Positions 46,914 to 54,905 of a stretch of 64,000 bases of DNA are shown piece after piece; the first letter of the stretch is position 1, and every line of letters starts with the position of its first letter. The notes beneath the pieces are model-generated. The model did no database searches. It was not told the origin of the DNA and saw only the letters and a list, made by a program, of their open reading frames with translations. A program made the translations under genes and the position numbers. The stretch is from the NCBI RefSeq assembly GCF_001677475.2, contig NZ_CP015229.1; one strand, written 5' to 3'. The DNA comes from Escherichia coli. GTDB lineage: Bacteria; Pseudomonadota; Gammaproteobacteria; Enterobacterales; Enterobacteriaceae.

Positions 46914-47578
46914 AACAGTTTCGCTATTGCCCGACAAACTCAACGCATCCTCCGTTCTGTTATGACTTTCACTATGTCAAACCGGGGATAGTCGCCATCT
47001 TTGGTGACAACGGCAGTGGCAAAAGTACGCTGGCGCAACTGATGGCGGGCTGGTATCCAGACTTTCTACCAGGAGAGATAACCGGCACGGGGACACTTCT
47101 CGGTACGCCCATTGGGCATCTCCCGCTTAATGAACAATCCGCCACCATCCAGCTCGTCCAGCAATCGCCCTATTTGCAGCTCTCCGGCTGTACCTTTAGC
47201 GTGGAAGAAGAAGTTGCCTTTGGGCCAGAAAATCTGTGTCTTGCTGAAAAAGAGATTATGGCGAGGATTGATGCCGCCCTGACTCTGAGCGAGTGCCAGC
47301 CGTTGCGCCATCGACACCCGGCAACACTCTCCGGTGGAGAGACACAGCGCGTGGTCATCGCCTGCGCTATCGCGATGCAGCCAAAACTATTAATTCTTGA
47401 TGAAGCCTTTAGCCGCCTGACGCCGCAGGCCAGCGAAATGCTGTTGCAGCGCTTACAACACTGGGCGTTTGAACGTGGTTCGCTGATTATTCTTTTTGAA
47501 CGTCATCGCACACCTTTCCTGAACTACTGCCAGCAAGCGTGGCAACTGCAAAACGGAGCGCTCCAGCCACTATGTTAA
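46895..47578 (+). CDS. ABC ATPase (EcfA-like), 227 aa
   Basis: ORF 46895..47578; Walker A GDNGSGKST, signature LSGGETQR, Walker B LLILDEA; overlaps the T gene by 19 nt. Confidence 0.85.
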   Translation: MDMVTLEQFRYCPTNSTHPPFCYDFHYVKPGIVAIFGDNGSGKSTLAQLMAGWYPDFLPGEITGTGTLLGTPIGHLPLNEQSATIQLVQQSPYLQLSGCTFSVEEEVAFGPENLCLAEKEIMARIDAALTLSECQPLRHRHPATLSGGETQRVVIACAIAMQPKLLILDEAFSRLTPQASEMLLQRLQHWAFERGSLIILFERHRTPFLNYCQQAWQLQNGALQPLC

Positions 47579-48249
47579 CGTTAAATCAGGTAACTTATCG
47601 CTGGCCTGGCGCGGCAACGGATTGTCTTTGCGACATTTCTCTGCAACTCAAACAAGGCGAATGGCTGGCGCTGACCGGCGACAATGGCGCAGGGAAATCG
47701 ACGCTGTTACGAGTAATGGCAGGTCTTCTTACGCCCACAGCCGGTACAGTTATGCTGCAACAACAGACGATGAAAAACCTGAAAAACCGCCAGCGCGCGG
47801 CAAAGATTGGCGTACTGTTTCAGGAAGCGGAAAACCAGCTTTTTCACAGCACCGTCGCTGACGAGATCGCATTTGGTTTGAAACTGCAAAAATGCCCGGC
47901 GGATGAAATCACTCAACGTACCCATGCTGCCCTGCAATGCTGTCAGTTAGCAGACACTGCCAGCGCGCACCCGTTGGATCTGCATAGTGCGCAGCGACGG
48001 ATGGTCGCCGTCGCCTGCCTGGAAGCACTCTCTCCGCCACTATTGCTGCTGGACGAGCCGAGTCGGGATTTTGACGAAAATTGGTTGAGCGTGTTTGAAA
48101 GCTGGCTGGAGAAGTGCCGCCAGCGAGGCTCGAGCGTCGTAGCAATCAGTCATGACGCCGCATTTACCCGGCGTCATTTCTCTCGTGTGGTGCGACTGGA
48201 AGATGGTGTAATCAGGAACGTTAATCCACCAGACGATATTCACCCGTAG
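47572..48249 (+). CDS. ABC ATPase (EcfA'-like) with a degenerate signature motif, 225 aa
   Basis: 3' part of ORF 47539..48249; start at MLTLNQVTY (ATG 47572, ATGTTAA overlap with the upstream stop); Walker A GDNGAGKST, Walker B LLLLDEP, H-loop ISHD; signature position reads LHSAQR. Confidence 0.8.
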   Translation: MLTLNQVTYRWPGAATDCLCDISLQLKQGEWLALTGDNGAGKSTLLRVMAGLLTPTAGTVMLQQQTMKNLKNRQRAAKIGVLFQEAENQLFHSTVADEIAFGLKLQKCPADEITQRTHAALQCCQLADTASAHPLDLHSAQRRMVAVACLEALSPPLLLLDEPSRDFDENWLSVFESWLEKCRQRGSSVVAISHDAAFTRRHFSRVVRLEDGVIRNVNPPDDIHP

Positions 48250-48934
48250 CGGTCATCATTAAAGTCAAATTTGCAGGCAGACTCTCTTCCAGCACCCGGC
48301 GAACATTCGGCCCGTCGGTACGGTCATAAAAAGCTTCTGCGTCTGCCAGTGATAACCCTCCCGCCAGCTTGCGCCCCACCAGTCGTTCCCGCAACGCAGT
48401 AGCTGGCGCATTGATAAAGATCGAGAAATCACAAAATTGCGCAAGCTGGCACCACTTCTCGTCGTCCAGCAACAACCAGTTTCCTTCGACGATGACGAGT
48501 GGTGCGGTAACGTGCAACGCATCTTCAACAGGATCATGCTTTTGTCGATCATACTGCGGCCACGCACAATCCCCTTCCACTACCTGGCGCAGGTTTTCCG
48601 CCAGTTTCGCTACATCGAATGTCTCTGGTGCGCCTTTGAAGGGGCGCAATTGATGCGCATCCAGCCAGCTATTGTAATGGTGAAAACCATCCATCGGGAG
48701 TGTCTGAATAGCGGGTAGTTCCGGGTCTTGTTGCGCGAGATATTCCCAGAAGGTGGTTAGGGTAGATTTACCCGTCCCCGGCGGAGCGCAAAGAAAAACC
48801 ACCGTACGCCGCTGCGGATTTACCGTCTGTAAGGCCGCCAGCATACGCAGTAGCGTTTTATGAACATTCTCAATTTCATCATCAGAGTACTGCGCCTGTA
48901 CCTTTAGTCCATTCACCGTCAGTTCGATTTTCAC
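48221..48934 (-). CDS. yggC: P-loop nucleoside/pantothenate kinase-like protein YggC, 237 aa
   Basis: ORF 48221..48934; P-loop GTGKST; 3' end overlaps the convergent EcfA' gene by 29 nt. Confidence 0.85.
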   Translation of the reverse strand: MKIELTVNGLKVQAQYSDDEIENVHKTLLRMLAALQTVNPQRRTVVFLCAPPGTGKSTLTTFWEYLAQQDPELPAIQTLPMDGFHHYNSWLDAHQLRPFKGAPETFDVAKLAENLRQVVEGDCAWPQYDRQKHDPVEDALHVTAPLVIVEGNWLLLDDEKWCQLAQFCDFSIFINAPATALRERLVGRKLAGGLSLADAEAFYDRTDGPNVRRVLEESLPANLTLMMTATGEYRLVD

Positions 48935-49440
48935 GGCGTTAATTCCTTTAAGGTTGTCGTTACTGCCAGCGTCAGCGCCGTTTTGACCATCCCGCTAAAA
49001 CGCGCCTCTGACCAGACGGCGAAATCGGCGAACTTCATCGCTTTCAACGCGTCATAGAGCGTCGCATTGCGGATTATGCTATTGACGTTGCTGATAAAAT
49101 CCCAGGTCATGTCATCGGCAAATCCGGGCATTTCATCCTGTTCGTTCAGGTAATGCCAGAACTGGGAAAAATGCGTGATATCGGCGTACAGCCATTTATC
49201 CATTTTCCCCAGCGCATAAATCAAACGCAGTGCAACATCAATATCGTCAAGCGGGCCGCTTTGGGCGAGTAACGGCTTCACTGCATATTCGACGATCTCT
49301 TCATCATTATCGACAAACAGCGACGGCAGAAACTGGCGTATCCCCTGGAGCAAAATAGAATGCGCAGTTTTCATAAATGAAAATAAATTGTCCTGTGCCT
49401 CCAGTTGCTCAAGCACATCATCTTCTGTCAGCGTCGCCAT
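48931..49440 (-). CDS. yggD: MtlR-like putative transcriptional regulator YggD, 169 aa
   Basis: ORF 48931..49440; 4-nt overlap with yggC. Confidence 0.85.
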   Translation of the reverse strand: MATLTEDDVLEQLEAQDNLFSFMKTAHSILLQGIRQFLPSLFVDNDEEIVEYAVKPLLAQSGPLDDIDVALRLIYALGKMDKWLYADITHFSQFWHYLNEQDEMPGFADDMTWDFISNVNSIIRNATLYDALKAMKFADFAVWSEARFSGMVKTALTLAVTTTLKELTP

Positions 49441-49461
49441 TGGTCTTCCGATAGATCACCA

Positions 49462-50427
49462 TCAATGCAGGGAGTCTATTATATTACACGTTTGGTCCGC
49501 GCCGCCGATCAGTAATGTCTGCGTCCGCACCCCATTCGCCGTCTGTTGGATTCCGTTCACCAACTCGCCGCCCGTCACGCCCGTAGCGCTAAAGAGGATA
49601 TCGTTCCCCCTCACCAGTTCATCGAGCGAGTACACACGGTTAACGTCAACGCCCATTTCCTTGCAACGCTTGCGCTCCTGCTCTGCAATCTGCCGATTTT
49701 CCGTGTAATCCCCTTTAGCCTGACAAAAGTCAATCAGCTCGGCCTGCATATCCCCGCCTAATGCTTTAACGGCACAGGCAGAAATCACGCCTTCTGGCGC
49801 ACCGCCGATGGTGTACATCACATCGTAAGGATTATCCTGCCAGCAGGTCAGCACGCTGGCGGCGACATCGCCATCCGGCAGGGCAAAAACCTTCACGCCC
49901 AGCTGTGTTGCTTCCTCAATTGCGGCACTCAGGCGCGGTTTATCCAGCGTAACCATACGCAGCTTGTCCAGCGGTTTGCCTAACGCTTTCGCCACGTTGC
50001 GCAAGTTGTCCGCCAGAGGCATGGACAGATCAATCGCGCCCGCCGCCAGCCGATTAACAACCAGTTTTTTCATATACATATCGGGCGCGTGTAACAGGCT
50101 ATCTCGAGGGGCGAAAGCCATGACCGCCAGCGCATTGCTCTGCCCCATCGCCACCATCCGCGTGCCTTCAATGGGATCGACCGCGATATCGACTTCTGGC
50201 CCATCGCCTTTGCCCACCTCTTCGCCAATCCACAGCATCGGCGCATGGTCAATTTCTCCCTCGCCGATAACCACTCGCCCACGAAAAGCGACGTCGTTCA
50301 ACGCCTGGCGCATCGCGGTGACCGCCAGGCCGTCGATTTTGTTTTTATCGCCACATCCGGTTTGCGGCCAGGCAGCCAACGCTGCCTGTTCCGTAACGCG
50401 AAATAATGGCCACGCCAGGGACATCAT
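49462..50427 (-). CDS. yggF: class II (GlpX-type) fructose-1,6-bisphosphatase YggF, 321 aa
   Basis: ORF 49462..50427. Confidence 0.85.
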   Translation of the reverse strand: MMSLAWPLFRVTEQAALAAWPQTGCGDKNKIDGLAVTAMRQALNDVAFRGRVVIGEGEIDHAPMLWIGEEVGKGDGPEVDIAVDPIEGTRMVAMGQSNALAVMAFAPRDSLLHAPDMYMKKLVVNRLAAGAIDLSMPLADNLRNVAKALGKPLDKLRMVTLDKPRLSAAIEEATQLGVKVFALPDGDVAASVLTCWQDNPYDVMYTIGGAPEGVISACAVKALGGDMQAELIDFCQAKGDYTENRQIAEQERKRCKEMGVDVNRVYSLDELVRGNDILFSATGVTGGELVNGIQQTANGVRTQTLLIGGADQTCNIIDSLH

Positions 50428-51701
50428 TGCGTGGTCTCCCCAATATCAACGCCAAATTGTGCCAGCAGATATTTCTCGGCCTGTTCATTCCAGATGCCGT
50501 GCGTTTCCTCAACCAACCGCGCCAGCTCTTTAAACAGCGGATCGGTTTTGCCTTTTTCGGCAAAATCGGCAATGGCAGTGAGCGGCATGGTCACGCCGTT
50601 ATAAATGAGTTTTTTACCGCCAGGGATATCCGGCAGATTGAGCACGGTTTCTGGCACCGCATCCAGGCCACCAATATGGGTCACCATAAACGACGGCTGT
50701 AACTGTCCTGTGGCGCTAAGGGCAATCGCCTCTTTCATGTCGTCCGTTGAACCGCCAGATGTACCGACGACGTGCGTGCTGTTGTAATGGACGTTGTAGA
50801 AATTAAACGGCACTTTGAAGTTTTTATCCGTCGGACCGGCAAAGAAGTTCAGACAGCCATCTTCCGCCAGTAATTCGTCAGCCATCTCAACGACAGCAGG
50901 CACCGCCGCATAAACAAAAATGTCATCGAACCCGGCATCTCCTGTAAGCGCCCGCAGCATCTGGACTGGATCGCTCATCCCTTTGGTATTCACATACACC
51001 AGCTCAATGCCTTTACTAGCCGCCAGTTCCACCGGCAGCAGCTTCTGTACCTGCGCCAGGCGTTTGTCGTCGATATCGACCACCACCACCCGCGACGGTT
51101 GTATGCCACCGTTAATGGCGTAATCGATAGCGCCAATGCCCATTGGACCAGCACAGGCCAGCAGTGCAATATTGCCGCCAGGTTTGACGCCCATGCGATG
51201 CTCATAAACATATTGCGTGGTGTGATAATTGGCATGATAAGCGCCAATAATGCAGCACATAGGCTCTGCCAGCGACGCAGCAGCAAAATAAGAGCCGTGA
51301 TACGGTAATACGCAGCCCAAATTAATGGCTACCTCTGGAATAATCATATAGGTGGCGTTACCGCCAAAATATTCGTAGCTGTAGCCCGCTGAATATCCGC
51401 TTGGTAACCCCATTGCCGGTTGCAATACAAAACGCTGGCCTTTTTTATATTTGCCGGTGAGATTTTTACCCACTTCAACAATAACCCCGGCACATTCATG
51501 TCCGGTAATGACCGGATGATTTTCTAAATCGTCGGATACGCGTTTATGTTCACTACCGAGTAACGCCGCTTTCCAGGTGGATAAACAGACGCTGTCAGAA
51601 ATTACACTCACTAACAGTTCATTATCGGTAATTTCTGGCAGTTCAAATTCGCGCAGACGGACATCCCGCTTGCCATAAATAGCAGCAACTTTGGTTTTCA
51701 T
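50424..51701 (-). CDS. yggP: Zn-dependent polyol/sugar-phosphate dehydrogenase (MDR family) YggP, 425 aa
   Basis: ORF 50424..51701; 4-nt overlap with yggF. Confidence 0.85.
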   Translation of the reverse strand: MKTKVAAIYGKRDVRLREFELPEITDNELLVSVISDSVCLSTWKAALLGSEHKRVSDDLENHPVITGHECAGVIVEVGKNLTGKYKKGQRFVLQPAMGLPSGYSAGYSYEYFGGNATYMIIPEVAINLGCVLPYHGSYFAAASLAEPMCCIIGAYHANYHTTQYVYEHRMGVKPGGNIALLACAGPMGIGAIDYAINGGIQPSRVVVVDIDDKRLAQVQKLLPVELAASKGIELVYVNTKGMSDPVQMLRALTGDAGFDDIFVYAAVPAVVEMADELLAEDGCLNFFAGPTDKNFKVPFNFYNVHYNSTHVVGTSGGSTDDMKEAIALSATGQLQPSFMVTHIGGLDAVPETVLNLPDIPGGKKLIYNGVTMPLTAIADFAEKGKTDPLFKELARLVEETHGIWNEQAEKYLLAQFGVDIGETTQ

Positions 51702-51715
51702 TTTTACCTCTGTAA

Positions 51716-53104
51716 TCAGTGTTTATGTTCGGCGGTTAATTGATTAAATAAAGTGTCGAGTTTTGGATCGCCAATATAGTTACTAATCAATATCAGTGGT
51801 TTATCCGTCACACGTTTCACGCGCCCTTCCAGACTGGCATGAGTAACGACGATATCCGCATCCGCAGGCACGTTTTCTATCGCGTAATGTTTTACTTCAA
51901 TTGCCAGCCCCGCTTTTTCCAGGCGTTTACGGAAGGTGGTCGCGCCCATCGCACTGGAGCCCATCCCCGCATCGCAAACAAAGGCGATACGCTTAACCTT
52001 GCTTAACGAGAATGCACCTTCTTGTTTCATCGCCTTAACCGCATTGGCTGACTGAGCAAACTCATATTCGCTCTCCGTTTCCACCGTTTTTTCCATCTTC
52101 AGTATCAGCGAAGTGATAGCAAAGGACACCAGGGTACCTACCGTAACACCGGCAATTGTCGCCAGGAATGAGCCTTTCGGCGTCAGCGCCAGGTAAGCAA
52201 AGATAGACCCCGGACTTGGGCCAGCCACCAGACCACCGTCCAGTAAGTTAAACATCCAGGTGCCAGACATACCGCCCGCAATCATGGCAATAATGGTCAG
52301 CGGCTTCATCAGCACATATGGGAAATACAGTTCGTGGATCCCACCGAGGAAGTGAATAATCATCGCCCCGGGCGCAGAACGTTTACTCATCCCTTTACCA
52401 AACAAGGTAAACGCCAGCAGCAGCCCCAGGCCCGGACCTGGGTTAGAGGCCACCATAAAGAAGATGGATTTACCGTTAACCGAAGCCTGTTGCATTCCCA
52501 GCGGATAATAGACGCCCTGATCGATCGCGTTATTGAGGAAAAGCACTTTCGCCGGTTCATTGATGACTGACAGCAGAGGCAGATAACCCGCATGTACCAG
52601 CGCCTCAATACACTCTTTGACGAAAGTATTGGCAATTAACACCGCCGGGCCGATCACTTCAAAACCCAGCAGACAAAGGAGCATCCCCGCGATACCTAAT
52701 GAGAAGTTATTGATAACCATCTCAAAACCGGCAGGTATGCGTTTTTCCAGTGCCTTATCGACATATTTTATGACCAGACCACCGAGCGGCCCCATAATCA
52801 TCGAACCAAGGAACATCGGGATCTCTGCGCCGACGATCACACCAATAGTACCTATTCCGCCCATGACCGCCCCGCGTTTACCGCCGACCAGATGACCACC
52901 GGTAGAACCAATCATCACGGGCAATAAATAGGTAATCATCGGGCCGACAATTTTGGCGAAATGTTCATTCGGCAGCCAACCGGTGGGAATAAATAACGCA
53001 GTTATAAAACCCCAGGCAATAAAAGCACCGATATTGGGAATGACCATTGCAGTCAAAAAGCCCCCAAAAGCCTGGACCCTTGCACGAGCAGACTTGTTTT
53101 CCAT
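51716..53104 (-). CDS. cmtA: PTS mannitol-family EIICB component (cryptic), 462 aa
   Basis: ORF 51716..53104; polytopic N-terminal domain plus C-terminal EIIB with conserved Cys (AFVCDAGMGSS). Confidence 0.9.
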   Translation of the reverse strand: MENKSARARVQAFGGFLTAMVIPNIGAFIAWGFITALFIPTGWLPNEHFAKIVGPMITYLLPVMIGSTGGHLVGGKRGAVMGGIGTIGVIVGAEIPMFLGSMIMGPLGGLVIKYVDKALEKRIPAGFEMVINNFSLGIAGMLLCLLGFEVIGPAVLIANTFVKECIEALVHAGYLPLLSVINEPAKVLFLNNAIDQGVYYPLGMQQASVNGKSIFFMVASNPGPGLGLLLAFTLFGKGMSKRSAPGAMIIHFLGGIHELYFPYVLMKPLTIIAMIAGGMSGTWMFNLLDGGLVAGPSPGSIFAYLALTPKGSFLATIAGVTVGTLVSFAITSLILKMEKTVETESEYEFAQSANAVKAMKQEGAFSLSKVKRIAFVCDAGMGSSAMGATTFRKRLEKAGLAIEVKHYAIENVPADADIVVTHASLEGRVKRVTDKPLILISNYIGDPKLDTLFNQLTAEHKH

Positions 53105-53131
53105 AATATTATCCTGTAGAGGAGAGAGTCA

Positions 53132-53575
53132 TTATCCGCGGCTGATTATGTCCGCTAATTGTTTTTCTGATGATGCTGTTAAGAGTTGTTCGAGTATTTC
53201 TTCTTCGCTCAGTAATTCACTTAACGCCTGAATAGCGCCAATGTGCGAATCGGCATCGGCAGCAGAAAGCCCGATGAGTAATTTAATCGGTTCGTCATTC
53301 CCCGGGAAATAAACGCCTTGTTTAAGTAACGTTAAAGACATCCCGGTTTTAAGCGCCCCACATTCCGGTCGAGCATGAGGCATTGCCACGCCTGGTGCGA
53401 GAATATAATAAGGACCATTGCTGATGGTGGAGTCTTTAATAGACTGAATGTAATTCTCGCTGATATAGTTTTTATCCAGCAATGATGCCATCGAGAAATC
53501 GATAGCTTCCTGCCAATCTTTTGCTGAATGTATAACTGAGATTGATGATTCTGGAAAATAATCAATAAGCCGCAT
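53132..53575 (-). CDS. cmtB: PTS mannitol-family EIIA component (cryptic), 147 aa
   Basis: ORF 53132..53575; EIIA-Mtl active-site His region (VAMPHAR). Confidence 0.9.
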   Translation of the reverse strand: MRLIDYFPESSISVIHSAKDWQEAIDFSMASLLDKNYISENYIQSIKDSTISNGPYYILAPGVAMPHARPECGALKTGMSLTLLKQGVYFPGNDEPIKLLIGLSAADADSHIGAIQALSELLSEEEILEQLLTASSEKQLADIISRG

Positions 53576-53951
53576 AAATTATCCTTATTTTATTTTTAGG
53601 GTACCGTCCGGCGGTAAAAATAAAATACTCGTGCGGTTTAATGAAAGCAATTGGGTACGCGAGAAGAAAAACCCCATGAACAAAAATAATAAAACTTTAA
53701 ATAACAACAACATGAAATTGATATTTTTAAAGTCAACTTTGTATTTGTTATGTTTATCACAAAATCAACATTTTGATTGTTGTTGTATTTGTGATGCATA
53801 TCGCCATTTATTTATTGAATGTCCGAAAACATACTTTTTTAATGCAATGTTTTTTCGCTATACCCCTTTATAGATTCTGAATTCTCACCTGTCGGCTATT
53901 TTCTCCTCACCTCATGTGACATATTCCCCACTTTACTCAAGGAAGATTCAT

Positions 53952-54860
53952 ATGAAAGCACCTGTTTCATTAACCTCATTTCGCCCACAAAAATCTATTG
54001 CTATCGCCATTGGCGTGCTTGCCGTGGTTGTGCTGCCATTTCTCTCGTATTACACCGTTAATGAAGGTGAACGCGGCATTTTGCTGCGCTACGGAAAAAT
54101 CGTAAAAGTTGCCGAGCCGGGTCTGGGTTTTAAGATCCCTTTTATGGAAAGCGTGGAGAAAATTTCCACGCGTAATCAGGCTGTGGTTTATCAGGGATTA
54201 CAGGCCTACAGCCGCGACCAGCAACCGGCACAAATGACAGTATCAGTCAGCTTCCACATTAAACCTTCAGAAGCTGGCGCAGTTTATACAACCTACAACA
54301 CCATTGAATCTTTAAAAGAGCGTCTGATCGTCCGCCAGCTGCCAACCCAACTGGAGAACGTTTTCGGGCAATATACAGCCATCAGCGCGGTACAGGATCG
54401 TACAAAACTGGTTCAGGATCTGCAAAATGCCATGCGTAAAGCCGTTGTTGGCCCGGTGGTGATTGATGGTGTTCAGATTGAAAATATTGATTTTTCTGAC
54501 GCTTATGAAAAATCGATTGAAGATCGAATGAAAGCAGAAGTCGCCATTGCCACACGTAAGCAAAATCTGGAAACAGAGAAAATCCAGGCGCAAATAGCGG
54601 TAACTCAGGCCCAGGCAGAGGCAGACAGTAAACTGGCGGCAGCCAAAGCAGAAGCGGAAACTATTCGCGTAAGAGGCGCGGCAGAGGCTTAAACTATTCG
54701 TTTAAAAAGTGCGGCTGAAGCAGAAGCGATCCGCCTGCGCGGTGAAGCTCTGCGGGATAATCCCGGACTTGTTGCCCTCACCACTGCTGAGCGTTGGGAC
54801 GGTAAGCTACCCGATACCATGATCCCCGGCAGTACAGTTCCGTTTATCTCTACTAAGTAA
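53952..54860 (+). pseudogene. SPFH/band-7 (prohibitin-like) membrane protein gene interrupted by an in-frame TAA at 54690..54692
   Basis: ORF 53916..54692 (start probably ATG 53952 with AAGGAAG upstream); N-terminal TM helix, SPFH-like core, AEA-rich tail; the same frame continues 54693..54860 (55 codons); the stop sits where the upstream repeat copy has GAA. Confidence 0.65.
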
Positions 54861-54885
54861 AAAAAGGGCCGATTTCGCGGCCCTT
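54859..54885 (-). terminator. tktA intrinsic terminator
   Basis: Stem GGGCCG/CGGCCC (54866-54883) followed on the minus strand by a 7-nt T-run (plus-strand A-run 54859-54865). Confidence 0.7.
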
Positions 54886-54905
54886 CTCACAAAGCATCTT
54901 ACCGA

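Noticed and set aside
53631-53873. 80-aa ORF in the cmtB upstream spacer
   Set aside because: Sits in very AT-rich DNA, Asn/Lys-rich with no RBS; most likely a compositional artefact inside a promoter region.
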